Below, one piece after another: positions 30,770 through 43,790 of a stretch of 64,000 nt of DNA; the stretch's first letter is position 1, and every line of letters begins with the position of its first letter. Position numbers and translations under genes: made by a program. The notes beneath the pieces are model-generated. The model saw nothing but the letters and a program-made list of their open reading frames with translations. It ran no database searches and had not been told where the DNA came from. Origin of the DNA: Amoeboaphelidium protococcarum X5 (lineage: Eukaryota > Fungi > Aphelidiomycota); the NCBI GenBank assembly GCA_023515725.1, contig JALDTO010000206.1, positions 201,952-265,951 of the forward strand, read 5' to 3'.

Positions 30770-31452
30770 ATGGTTACAACGTAAGATTAATAATGTACCT
30801 TCTATTAATATGTTATCGCTGTCATATTTCAAAATCGAGTGTGTGTAGAGAAACGATTTATCCAGAAGTGCTGTGGGCTCAGAGAGAAGATGTGCTCTAC
30901 ATGTCCATCAATGTGCCTGACCTGCGCGATGAAGTTGTGGAGCTGAAGGAGGATTCATTCAAATTTGAAGGCTATAGTGGTCAGGCGGATGCGAAGAATG
31001 GACAAAAGAATCAGGTTGAATTCTAATTCTGCAAAGCGGTGGTGCCGGAAGAATCCAAGCAGGCCAAGACTGCGCGTCAACTATCTTTTATCATCAAGAA
31101 GAAGGACTCTGGTCCGTACTGGTCCAATCTGATCTCCCTACCTGCCGGTTAGAAGAAGCCTCACTGGCTCAAGACTGATTTCAGCAAGTGGAAGGATGAA
31201 GACGATGAAGGGGATGATGAAGAGGCGCCAACCATGGGCCGCGATCCATTCGGTACCGGTATGGACTTTAGTCAATTGGCCGGTATGGGAGGATTAGGTG
31301 GTGCTGGTATGGACTTTTCCAGTCTTGGCGGTGCTGGTATGGGTGGCGGTGATTACAGCGATGACGATGAGGAAGATCTGGATGAAGGTCCAACTGAGAA
31401 GGACTTGCCGGAGTTGGAAGAAGTTCCGAGCGGTGAATAGGTTGAGCAATGA
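30770..31452 (+). CDS. SBA1: Hsp90 co-chaperone p23/Sba1; intron 30781-30848
   Basis: PEVLWAQR, KPHWLKTDFSKWKDEDDE, GM-rich acidic tail. Confidence 0.92.
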
Positions 31453-31664
31453 ACATAAATAATAATAACAATGCAATTAAAAATATTGAATTATTTGCTT
31501 CATCTCAACAACAAGCTTGCAAGTCGCAAGCGCGCGCTTGGTAGCTTTTCCGTATGGCCTTTTTCGCTTGTCGTTCTTAGACGATTTGAGTCGTGTTCAT
31601 CTCAAATCTTTATCTCTTTCGCTTGAATATAATTTATTTAGCCAAGTTATATAATAAAATTTAA

Positions 31665-32214
31665 ATGTCTTTAGTAGCAACAGACTTTTGTCCAGTGTAC
31701 GCTCCATTCTTCTCTGCATTGGGCGCTGCTTCTGCTGTCGCTTTTACCAGTAAGCAATAATTATAGAGTCAGTAAGTATATTGATTTTTTAAATAACTTT
31801 GTAGGCTTTGGAGCTGCTTATGGAACCGCTAAATCTGGAGTAGGTATTGTCGCTATGGGTGTCATGCGCCCTGACTTGATTATGAAGAGCGCAGTTCCCG
31901 TGGTCATGGCTGGTATTCTGGCCATTTACGGTTTGGTGGTGGGAGTTCTGATTACGAATAATGCCAACTAGTAGATGTCTCTCTTCACTGGCTTTCTACA
32001 GCTGGGCGCCGGTCTCTCTGTCGGTTTATCTGGACTCGCCGCCGGTATTGCTGTCGGTGTAGTGGGTGACGCTGGTGTCAGAGGCTCTGCTCAGTAGCAG
32101 CGTGTGTTTGTCGGCATGATTCTGATTCTGATTTTCGCTGAAGTGCTCGGCTTGTACGGCTTGATCGTCAGTCTGATTCTTCACACTAAATCTGGTGATA
32201 GTAAGTGTACTTGA
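31665..32214 (+). CDS. VMA3: V-ATPase proteolipid subunit c; intron 31750-31804
   Basis: [50 protein letters not shown]. Confidence 0.95.
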
Positions 32215-32349
32215 GTATTATTTACATCTAACTGCTGGTAGTGGTGAGTATATGAAAATAGTAAAGAATGAAGTCTTGCATTTTTATGATTTTAATCTAA
32301 TGATTTTTTCATGATACTTTATCACTGTTCCTCATAGAGCGACATTCAA

Positions 32350-32811
32350 TCAAAATCCAGCAGCAGTTGCCCACATTCTTATAGTCTTGGACACGTTTCC
32401 TTTGACGATTACGTGGTTGGTGTTTGGATTGATGTCCACATGATCATGAGGCATCACCTTTAGAAGCATCTCTCGCAGAGCACTCACATCTCCTTCCACC
32501 CGCCTTACCACTGTCTACACTCTATTCCTTCCATTCTTGTACTCTGTATAAACGGGCAGATGTCCATTAATGGTTCTCTTTATCTCGAATGGCAACTACT
32601 CCCGAGGCTTAAGCGCGTCTTGCGGTATCTCGATTGGCTAGAAATATCTCTTCACATTATCACGGCCTAGTACGAATGGTCGATGTCTATCGCGTATTCT
32701 CCGATACTGCTCTTCAGTCAGTGGTTCCTTGGTGTTACCTTTCCATACAGTAGATTTATTACGCGCACTCTTGGATGCGACACCTCTCAGCTACTAAATT
32801 AGTTTAATCAT
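32350..32811 (-). CDS. IMG2: Mitochondrial ribosomal protein mL49/Img2 (153 aa)
   Basis: PFEIKRTINGHLPVYTEYKNGRNRVQTVVRRVEGD...W...GF*. Confidence 0.85.
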
Positions 32812-33428
32812 ATTTAGAGATGTATCGCGCATAGAATTTAGTGCAGAGATATCAAGAAGATTAAGAGGAGCGAGAGCAGCGAAATTAGATACTATAACGG
32901 TTGGATTTCTTTATGGTGATAATCTTCTTTAATAGCACACAATTTACTATTACTATCAACGTTCAAATGAGAAGATTGATTTTAGAGTAAAAGAGATAAA
33001 TTTGATCTAGCTACTATACAAAGAACATTGATCAAGAGTGGAACACATTATAAGTGTCACCGGCATCTCACCAAACTGAATCGACCTAAATTTTGTAGAT
33101 GTAAACTTTTACATGCGAATTAAATGCATGTACTATCATTTCAAAAATATTTTCTGATTAAACTAGTAAATGTTTCCAGTATTGATGAAATGATGATGTC
33201 CCGGCATTTAGCCAAAACGGGCGTTAAACAATCGTTGCCATAAAATCTCCTTGAGGGGTACTCAATCCCTCTTTCGATAATTTGCTAGATTCTACTAACG
33301 TGTAACTAAATTATATACTGGAAATGAGGCTCATATTATCATCTTAGAGGTGGCTATTAGTCGTCTGGCTTGAATTTGCTATATGTTGGGCTCTCTGGAA
33401 TGATCCACGGACGCGTCTTAGTGTATAT

Positions 33429-34292
33429 ATGCCGCGGGTGTACTCTGTGCGATCATCCGATGATATGAATGAGTCAGTGGCGTCTGCGCCCACTTTAGCC
33501 TCCACCAGGCACAGTGTGGATGGTAGCCTTAGTGACTATAAATATCTCGAGCTGAAGGCACTCTCGCAGCATTTAAAGTCGGGGGAGTTTGGTACATTCT
33601 GTGTACGTTATAACGATGTCCGCCTGACGCGTCAGGTGCATCCTCACTTTGAACTATATGTGCAGCGAACAGATAGATAGGGAAGATTTAACTTGTTTAA
33701 GACATTGCATGTTGAAAGCGTAACTCCTGTATCACAGATTCTGAAATAAGAAATGATATTTGATCCAAATGTACTAAAGTCTTTGCTTAATCACAAGAAC
33801 TAGAAGCTGCAGTATGAATACCGATATAGCCTGAATAAATATCGTCAGGCTCAAGAGTGCTAAAAGTACTTTGATTAGACTGATGACTTGATTAGAAAGA
33901 CGAAGTCCTCTAGCGTCCCTCTAATGGTGTCTTTCTAAATCCCCCTCTCTCTAGGTAAGCGGGAAGCTGGGTTTCCCGTGTTGTTAAATTACCGATTCAT
34001 CTTTGGCTACACGGGACTGATGAGAGTGCTGACATTCTCGCGAAAGTTTGCAATCGCAGAGTCTTACGTCTCAATGGGTAGGGATGGTGTTTATAACAAT
34101 CATGAGTCATTCACTATAAAGACTAACCCGATCAACAGGCGATTGCACAAGTAATAGCGCAAAGCTGATCAGATGAGCATTTCATCATAAACGCGTCCTA
34201 TTAAACTGGGGCGTGATGGCTCTGATGAAGAGCGTGTTATTGAGTTGCTACAGCCAGATGATAATGATTTTGTCATTGACCTGAATCAATGA
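33429..34292 (+). CDS. Hypothetical protein (287 aa)
   Basis: 864-nt ATG..TGA ORF in table 6; no family recognised. Confidence 0.65.
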
Positions 34293-34410
34293 AATGTTAC
34301 AATAACGATAGTCTTTCTGATCATAGTTTTTAAATTGTGTGCGCGGTTTTATTCACAACTGTACTTTATCAAAGTTTTCCCATTGTTATTTTATAGCTCC
34401 TGCTAATACA

Positions 34411-35340
34411 ATGACATCATAAAATCATATAGACTTGAAAGGATTTAGTTCGTTCTTGTAATAGAATAGATTGTCAAAAGAACAGTCCGAGCTATTGCTG
34501 TAAGAGTAAAGTAAAGTCTTATTGCTGACTCACGATCCGCAGTGGAAATAGTACTTGGAGGAGAGTAGTCGATTTTAAACTGCTTTCGGTCTTAATCAGT
34601 ATGGAGTTCAAGTCGGTGATCCTCAGCCTTATTCTCTTACGAAGAGGTCTTCGTCAAAAGCTGCTCTTAATTCTACCACTGCTCCAAATGACGGAGATAT
34701 CAACAACAAAGCTGAAGAGGATGATGAAGCTTAAGCATAAGATAAGACACATCAACCAACTTTTACGCGGAAATTGGTCGAGCCTCGCATAAAGAAAGTG
34801 CGCAAGGTGGAGCCTGAGGCTGATGGCTCCTATTAGTTCAAGGCCAAGTTTGGATATTTGAGACTGGTTGATCTCGGACAGATCGAGTATGAAGATTAGA
34901 GTTTTCACACGGATCGATACATATTCCCACTCAATTACAAGGTTGTGAGAGAGTTTTAGAGTATAGTTGATCCTGCGATTGATAAAGTTTGGTACGAGGC
35001 TACCATATCTAAAGGTGAAGCGGGAATCTTGGTAGGATTAAATTTTATATCTCTTATTCTCATTCATCGTGTAACGCGTATACGTTATATGCGCATGAGT
35101 TTGTAGTTTCAAGTCAAAAGCTTGGAAACTGGGCAAGTATTTGATGGAAGATCCAGTAGCGGTGCTTGGGCCAAGGTGGTTCAGGCTGTGTGCACACTGA
35201 GAGACAGGCCAATTCCTAATGCCATTCAAGGCCCAGATCTTTACGGGTTCACTATTCCAGAGATTGCGTAAATGATCTAAAACTTACCCAACGCTGAAAT
35301 GTGCAAGGCGTATCACTCTCAGACTTTCATAGAGAAATGA
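34411..35340 (+). CDS. FYRN/FYRC-domain protein (TBRG1-like); intron 35032-35106
   Basis: DLGQIEYEDQSFHTDRYIFPLNYKVVREF, GAWAKV, GPDLYGFTIPEIAQMIQNLPNAEMCKAY. Confidence 0.8.
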
Positions 35341-35455
35341 TTGATTAAAAGGACAAGATTGTGAATGGTAGAATTTAATTGATAACTTTACATTGCTATT
35401 AGTTCTCAATAAATTTTATTTTACTACATTTATAATCATTCGTAGATACAGTAGA

Positions 35456-36280
35456 TCATTCCCATTCAAGAGGATTCCAGCAAGTGACCAAATTCTCATC
35501 CCAGCTGTTCATCTCATCCAAATCCTCTGGCTTCAGCTTGAAGTCCATCACATTGAAGTTCTCTTCGATACGACTCTCATTTACAGATTTAGGAATGACC
35601 ACAAAGTTCATCTCAATACACCACTTGATCAACATTTGACCATTTGACTTGCCATACTTGTTTGCCATCTTGGTCAACTTCTCATCCCTGATCTTCTTGC
35701 CGTGTGTCAAAGGACTATACGCTTCAATGACAATCTTCTTTTCGTTGCAGAAATCAACCAACTCTTTACGCGTCTTATACAGATAAGGGTGCATTTCAAT
35801 CTGATTAATCACAGGCAACTCTAATCCAGCCTTTTCAATTTCTTTCAGATGGTGAATGTTGTAATTGCTCACCCCGATCGACTTGATCAAACCTTCCTTC
35901 TTCAACTGCACCAGGGCTTTCCAAGACTCCAGACGTGGACCAACTTGAGGACTATGAATTAGGTACAAGTCAACATAGTCCAGGCCAAGCTTCTTCAAAC
36001 TGGTCTTGAATGCAGTTCTGGCAGAATCGATATCCTTCTGACCAGAAGTCGCCAACTTTGTTGTAACAAAGATCTCTTCGCGCGGAATCTTGCTGTCCGC
36101 AATAGCACGGCCAACATCTTCTTCATTCTCATACGCAGCAGCAGTGTCAATATGACGATAACCAACTTTAAGTGCATGCAGGACTGCTTTGTAGGCCTCG
36201 CCCTGACTGGCCTTCCAAACACCGAGGCCAATCACTGGAATAGTGTTACCATCATGAAACTAGATTTGTCCCTATGTCAT
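35456..36280 (-). CDS. Aldo-keto reductase (274 aa)
   Basis: GYRHIDTAAAYENE, LDYVDLYLIHSP, KSIGVSNY, NQIEMHP, IPKSVNESRIEENF. Confidence 0.95.
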
Positions 36281-36759
36281 ATTATATACTTCAACTAATA
36301 CTAAAATCCAAATAATTATTGAACAAAACGATATTAAAAATAAAAGATAGAGATTTCGTTCAATGTGGAAAGGTTGAATATCACGCAATTGTTCGTCATC
36401 ACGTAATCAACAATTATTTAATCATTTCCCTAATTTGATTATTCATCCATATAATCACAGATGGTGTTTAAGGATCGTATAATCACTGAGATGGGAAGGA
36501 AACAAGTGGTATCTGCTAGATAAAATATAGATAAATGTGGTAAGACATTTATTAATCGTTCTGCATAAAGCACAGCAGGTATATGGTTTCTAACACGCAA
36601 GGCTATTATATAAGTTATATCTGACAATTTAAAGAAACTTAGATTGCAGAGAAGTAAAATAATTTAAATTAATTCTTATCAGGCAATTACAGCCCTAAAC
36701 CATTCTAATACGGATCTTCTTTGATACAGCCTCTTTGTATCTCTCTCTTAACTCGACTA

Positions 36760-37513
36760 TCAGATGTAATTTAAAGTCAACCTTCATCAAACCGGACAAT
36801 TGATGTTGATCTATATCAGATTTTAAGCTCTATTGCGTTTTTCGAGACTTAGCATTGGCTATGATACGTAAATTAACGTCATGGCTCCCTTCAATCCTAT
36901 CTGCAACAATTATTACACGTTTCTCCAGCAGTAAAGTGACTTTCCAACCTAAGTTTTAGAATATTTCAGGATCGCGGATAGACGAGCCCGACTAAGAGCC
37001 AACCATGATCAATTCGAATTCTGATAACTCAATTAGGGAGAGCTTTTGAGCCAGATTCTCTAGCTATTTTATGATATTAGTATCGATCTAATCAAAAGCA
37101 TCAACAATAAATCGTAGACGATTATGCTTTATCCAATCCACTAAGAGTTAGTTCAATACGTGAAAGTCTACATCTTTACCACTTTATGCATTTTTTATCA
37201 ACTCGAATGCCTTATACTTGAAAGACTAAGTTTTACACCATTATACCACATGCTCTTGCCTGGAAATCAGTCCACTACTCGATGACATTCGATATCCAGA
37301 ATACTAATAGCAAAATGCCCTGCAACGTTGAAAATAATGCATCGCGTCCTCTGTGGGTATCCATTCAGGTCGCTGATCAAGGAATGGGTATATAAGACTA
37401 CCTGTGTCTGGTGAATTCTTGGCAGTACCGTTCCCTCCTCAGTATCAGATCCATGGCAAATAAGACGAAGCGTAAGAATCTAAATCAATACATCTATAGA
37501 ATAAGTCTCACAT
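36760..37513 (-). pseudogene. Truncated, frameshifted copy C of the secreted orphan family (N-terminal ~40%)
   Basis: Shares DTEEG, PEWIPTEDAMHYFQR, SFKYKA, HNRLRF. Apparent 1-nt deletion near 37413, no in-frame ATG, and homology ends near 36760. Confidence 0.7.
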
Positions 37514-37996
37514 TTCTTGAACCAGTATCAACCAAGATTTAATTATCAATGATACTGAAATAGAAAGTATATTGTTAGATTAAACTGATGTTTCACGTTT
37601 TCACCAAGGGGGTGACGTTATTTGTAACGCGTCAGTAAAAGCACATTATTGGCATTTAGCCACATAATGCAAAGATGAAACCAAGAAGGTAAAATATGTA
37701 TTTCGATAGTACTGACTTTATTCTCAACTGAGAAGAATGAATTTTTCACACTTCAACCTAAGCCACTCGGATCAGTGACCCCTGAACCGACAACCGATGC
37801 TCTGGAACACCAACCTTCACATATACTGCATATGACAATAATGACAAAATATGTAAGTAATCCGTAAAGCTGAAGATGTGTCAATTCAAAGATAAAGTAT
37901 CATGAAAAATATCTTTTATTCTATAAACTCTATCCCATTCTTCTATAGTGTCCATAACAGCTGGTAATCACCGATCACAGGCCAAGTAGTTGAATA

Positions 37997-39724
37997 TCAA
38001 AAATTCGATCCCCACCACTACCAAGATCGTGTTAACCATTGACTAAATTGGCTTTTAGGAAGATTTTCACGTACACTTTCATCAACATTAGTCTATGACA
38101 TTTCCGGGGAAGCGTCATCTATAGCCTCTGGAATCCCATTGGGCAACTTCAGAATCTCTGATTGCAAAAACAAGGCGTCTTTCGCATTGCCAATTAACAA
38201 TACTGATTATTTGGCAATAAGAGTCCCAACTTTAGCCTCTGGTACGTATGATAATGCCAGGAGCTCAAAATGATTGGGGATATTCAACTCTTCAACCATT
38301 TCAGATAAATTTAATTCCATCAATTACTACCAAAGGTGTTCGAATAGAATAATAAGCTCTACACGTCTAAAGGGGCCCAACAAAATTGATCTTAGCAAAT
38401 CCACCAAATATTTAACGTGCACCTAGTATACCCCAAATACTATTTTGAAGTCTTGAATTAGATGCAGATGTCTTTAGTGTTCTTCGAGCATACTTGGAAC
38501 ACGAGCTACTGCAGAAGCAAACATAGTTATGTCTTGCGGGGAAAAAATACTGAATGGAGCTACGAAAGAGAGCGGTTATAACTTGCCCAATGCTATCAGA
38601 TACATATACGAGTATACGAGTTAAGTACGGCTTATTTGTTGGCCAGAAAAAAACTCGACATTGATAGTTGGCGTGACGGATGAAGCAGCTTCGAGCAGAA
38701 CTTAGGGAACATAAATCTAGTTCTCTGAAATCGTAGACGTGACCCCAATCTTATACTTAATCTGACCTTTAGCCGCATTAGCTTCAAAGAAGCCAAAGAA
38801 CTACTTCACCTTATTAACAAACAACTCCTAGTCAAATCTTTAGTCGCGAAATCCGAGCTCAATCAAACGTACATATTTTACGCTTTCCATCAGAGAGAAA
38901 TCAAAGTTGCCAAATCCAAAGAACGAACCCATGAGGTTAGTATCAGTAGCTAGATGTAGTTCACGGTCAACCTTCATCGTAGTTGATAATTGACGTTGTT
39001 CAATGGAAGACTGTAAGCGTTTTACCGCTTATTGAGAGTTGCTATAATCAACAATGTACAATTAAACGTCAGCATGCTCTGCCATCCTCTTTACACCAAG
39101 CTTAAGATTACTAAATACCATCACTAAAGTAATCCTCCATCCGTCAACTAGAAATTCTTGTGGATCACGGAATGACAAATCTTGAGACCCGACAATCGCC
39201 AATTCGAATTGAGATAACTCAGCTACAGGTAGCGTTTGTGATAGCATTTGCAACTCTCTAAAAAAATTTGAATCCAGATCCCTATCAATAATAGTATATC
39301 GTAGACGATTGTACTTGACCCAGTTCAAAGATATTTCATTTAACCACTAATAATCGCAGTTGTCAATATAGTAGTCTAAATCTAACTCAAAAGTCTTATA
39401 CTTGTATTTAAAACTTAGCTGAAGAGCCTTATACTTGAACGACTACACTCGACACCAATTAGCGACATCATTCTGTGGCGGTATGTAGAAGCGGGGCGAC
39501 ACCAATCTGTGACCTTGATACTAATCACAGTAAACTTTAACACGTTAGAAGTAATGCATCGCATCCTCTGTGGGTTCCCATTCAGGGCGATCGACAAAAG
39601 AATACACCAGATTGCCAACATTGGGAGGAATTTATGGAAATTCCTGGTTCAAATCAGGACCAGCTCCATTGCAGACGAATGTGAGCGCCAGAATCTATAT
39701 CAGTATAGTCTAAATCAGTATCAT
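37997..39724 (-). CDS. Orphan putatively secreted protein, family copy B (575 aa)
   Basis: 1728-nt table-6 ORF MILIQTILIQILALTFVCNG...PEWEPTEDAMHYFQR; C-terminus nearly identical to copy A. Confidence 0.78.
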
Positions 39725-41579
39725 ATCGAATTACTGTGTGAGAGAGAATTTTTTGGGTTGAAGATAGTGAAAAGCAGAAGAAAAAGAGAAAGGACTGAGC
39801 GTTCGAAATTCTTTGGATTTATCTCCAAAGTATTAAGGCCGTTTTTGTGTATTATTTTTTTGTCCACAATTTCACGGGTTCACGTGTTTTAACTTAGACA
39901 GCCAATCATATTGCAGAATTGACTATTGCGTAGATCAAATTGTGATAGTTGATTGGTTGCTGAATTGTTCTAATGCATTATTGGCTAAAGTCATATTCTG
40001 TTGCAGCTGATTGGAGAATTTTTTGAATTTTGATTGTTGAACAGATTTGTCACGCACAGTAAAATAACAGTAGTACGCGGTATCATCAGATTTTCAGCAA
40101 TATATCAGAGTTGCAACAACGTTGTTGCACAAAGTGTTGGCGACGAGCGAAAACCACGTGATCTGTCGGACGGAAAATCGTAGTCGCAGGGGGAAAAATA
40201 GAAAGCGACTCCGCTCAAAATCGCTCGTCGCAATAAAAGTAAAACGCACGATATCAAAGGGTCATCTCATACTGTACTTTAAATATCTTCTAATAATTCA
40301 GTTTGCAAACTAAAAATTACGTTCAAAATTTATTAACAACCTGTAATTGAATCGATTGAGGTAAGTCTAGCACCGTGAGAAATCAGTAGCGACCGAAAGA
40401 ACACATATTGGTATGATAGTTGCTTATAGCTTGACTTTCTAAAAAAAACTTTCATATTATTCTCTTAGACTATGCTGAATCAATTTTGTACTTTAAACAG
40501 CCTTACTAATAGTCTAACACTCGCCAAATATTCGTATGCGACAAAACTGCATACGACTATTATTCGAATGCATCAAATCTGCAAACGCCTGTTTTCAGGA
40601 CCTGGCAAAATCTTACATGCATCAAAACTGTAAATACCGAAAGCTTCGAATGGCACCTTAAATTTTTTTGCTCTGTTATTAATGCATTTCTTTACTCTGC
40701 TGAAAAGGTAATAATTCTTAACTTGCAACCACTCAAATTGACTTTTACCAAATTTATTTAAACGCGTCTGCTAATGTTTAGAGTGCCCTGAAATAGCTCG
40801 CACTATCTGCTTTCAGTGCCAAATAGCAACCCCCAGAATGGGAGGCTACTTCGCGTATATATAACGCAATATTTGGCCATAGACACAGTGAAATGATCGC
40901 CTCCCTTTCGTCAGCATTTAATTCGAGAACTATCAAAGGCCATAGCCAAATCTGGATGAAGCTATGTGCGTTGCGCCTCTTGTCAATCTGGACTCTTCAT
41001 GAAACCATATCAGCCTTCAGGTAAGTGTTACAACGACTCGCAAAATCTCTAACACTTAGAGAGATTGATATCTGAGTATTTCAACTGAAATCTTGGTTGC
41101 GGATGGGAAAAGAAATGATAACAGTAGTAGAGGCATCATGATATCACGCTGGGGTCCAAGAGATATTGAAAAAAAGATAAGTTTAAACTGAAGTCTCTAA
41201 AATAGTATATACTCCAATACAAAACATAATGAGGAGCTTCGAAGCAACAGTCATTTGACTATCCCGTTGAGGATGTCAAAACAAAAGAGCGACTGGGTTC
41301 AACTCCGACCAATATCCTGATGCCAGGCTCTCGTCGCGTCTCTTCTCGAGAAACGACGAAGCATCGCCGGGCGATAAATTGGCAGAGCAACTCTCTAAAC
41401 AAAAATAAGGTGTCATCATCATCTATAAAACGCGTCCATCCATCCATACATCCATGACACTACTGCCGAGTTCACTATAGGGCAGCTCAAACGCTAAGAG
41501 AGACAGACATGTAGCGGCTTCTATCCATCCACTTCATCACCACTACTGGACCATTATTTGAATAGCGAAAAACAAGTGT

Positions 41580-41760
41580 GATTAGCGTTACCAATATGCT
41601 ATACTGATTATTTGGTCCCATCTTGACTATCGGATACGTATGGTAATACTACAAGCTCAAATAATCTGGGATATCCGACTACAAAATCGCTTCAGAATAA
41701 TCGCATTTCATCAGAAAATCCCAAAGCTGATCTTTGATTGATCCATAACTCCTCACGATT
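41580..41760 (-). pseudogene. Degraded C-terminal fragment D of the secreted orphan family
   Basis: tactgattattt..tacgtatg..gctcaaa..tgggatatcc aligns by eye with 20970-21090 and 38200-38320. Confidence 0.5.
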
Positions 41761-41882
41761 CGCAATTAACCTAACGCGCTTTTCGCAACATTTTCGTCGT
41801 TCATTTGCTCGGCAGTTCTGAAGAGGATCAGCTTCTTTTTATTATTACAAGAACCCGGCACACCTTTTTTTTATAAACACAA

Positions 41883-43357
41883 ATGACTGTACAGAGTATG
41901 ACTGCAGTGGAGGGAGTTGACAAGAATTTTATGAAATATCTGGATGTTCATCTGGCTCTCAAGTACATTAGGCTACTGAAGGCATCGGGCAGTCAGAGTG
42001 AGGATGATCTGAATTAAGCCATGTTGACATTATTGGACAAGACGCGCCAGATGGATGCCGCTATTGAGCTTGCCTAGAAGGTTGGTAAAGCCAATTTGGT
42101 TAAAGGTAAACTATTTTTTTGACAGTGGTGGTAATGGTGATTATGTCTCGATGATGTCTAAATACAAAATAATATACGCTATTCTGATCGCCGCTATATT
42201 TAAAGGGCTAAATGAGCGATATTCATAAGCTGAGAGTTTATCATCACAGTACCGCCATTGTTACTTTACTCATTGTACGTGATTTTAATTTTATATCCTA
42301 TCACTGTGTAGAGTTTGAAAGTAAGCGTGAATAGATTACAAAAGAAGTGAATGATCAATAGAGAAAGACGTTGAAATTCCAGGATGCTTTAAACGATGAA
42401 GCGCTTAAGGCCTAGTTCACTCATGATCGTAGCGCTAACATGGCACTGATCTAGTCTAAAGTCAGTATTGGCACTGAAGAAATCAACGCGCTAATATCAT
42501 TGATGCACATGCTTTATGACTGTGGAAAGTACAAGGAAACCTTGTCGCTGGCCAAGTAACTGGAGCAGGTGACTAATTATCGTAAAGCTGACTAGCTGTG
42601 GTTGTAGTTGGCTTGCACCTTGAACGCGGAAGAAGGTAGTGCAGGTGCGATGGAGTCCTGGTTGAGGCTGAGAGATGAGCTTGAAGTGTCCAAGCTGTCT
42701 CCTCAGGCTGTTTTCATGAAGTAGGCATGGTTAGCCAACTGGTCCTTGTTCGTGTTGAACTCTGGCAATGTATTTGATGACTTGCTGCAATCTTATTTGG
42801 CATCTCATTATCAGATTATGATCTAGAATGAGTGTCCACATTTGATGCGATATGTTATCGTGTGCTATCTACTTTAGTCGTCATCTCAAGGCAATAAACT
42901 GGCTGAATGCGTTCAACTAGTTAAAGAGGATGCGCAATTTACACTCGATCCTATAGTGAAGTGGTTCACATCTCTTCATGTAGACTTCGATTTTGATCAG
43001 TGTAGTGCTTTGTGGCCTTAAATTACAGACTTATTGCACAAGGGTGTATTTTTGCACCCTCTGAAAGATAAAATAATTAATGGTATCCGCCACGAGTTGA
43101 TTAGAGTATACGGCCGCACTCTCGATAATGTTCCTTCAGAGTTGTTGTTGAAGTATCTTAATTTGAATGGAACTGATTAATTATCTGCATTTGTTGCACA
43201 GTGTGGCGATAAATTCAAGTTGCAAGATGGCCTTTTGCGTGTGTAAACCAGTCAAGTCCCGCGTTAGTTGACTTTACTCTCTCGTCTTTAAGAATATGCG
43301 CGAAAGTCAGAGAGGATCATTGCTGGCTTGGAGACTGTTCAAAGTTCATCTGAATGA
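41883..43357 (+). CDS. EIF3E: Divergent eIF3 subunit E (Int6); intron ~42106-42310
   Basis: FMKYLDVHL...LLDKTRQMDAA, LYDCGKY, AWLANWSLFV, IQNECPHLMRY, DPIVKWFTSLHVDFDFD. Confidence 0.8.
42146..42236 (+). ncRNA. Intronic box C/D snoRNA, U54/SNORD54-like (predicted guide for 18S rRNA 2'-O-methylation)
   Basis: C-like ATGATGT at 42151. Guide TAATATACGCTATT is antisense to the conserved 18S sequence AATAGCGTATATTA and directly precedes CTGA (42184). A second CTGA is at 42230, with a terminal ctc/gag stem. Confidence 0.8.
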
Positions 43358-43790
43358 TCATAGTCCGACCGTCAGTCACTTGAACTGAATATAAGCTTAA
43401 ATTCATCTTTATAACCGCGAGTTTTGATTTGAGTTTGTTGAAAGCTTCATTAGATAATTTATTCTTTTAAGTGCGCGTACTTGAGTTCTACCACTTGATG
43501 CGTATCAACTTCGTGCAACTTTTGGGAATAATCTCTCTATAACATTTGCAGCGTAGAAAGTGCAGAGAAGCGGAAGTGGTTGAGACGCCTAAAGTCTTGG
43601 CGAATGACGTAGCGCGTTGAGTTGATCTCTGAAACGGCAGCTCTGTGTTCCGCAGGTGGAGGTTCGACGCGTCGCGTGATCAAAACAATAACAATGCAGT
43701 TGATAATATGTTATGGCGTCCTTGTTTCAACTTTAACGATTGTCTCCGCACTTTGAACAAATGTCATCTTAAAGCTCTATTTAATTAAGA

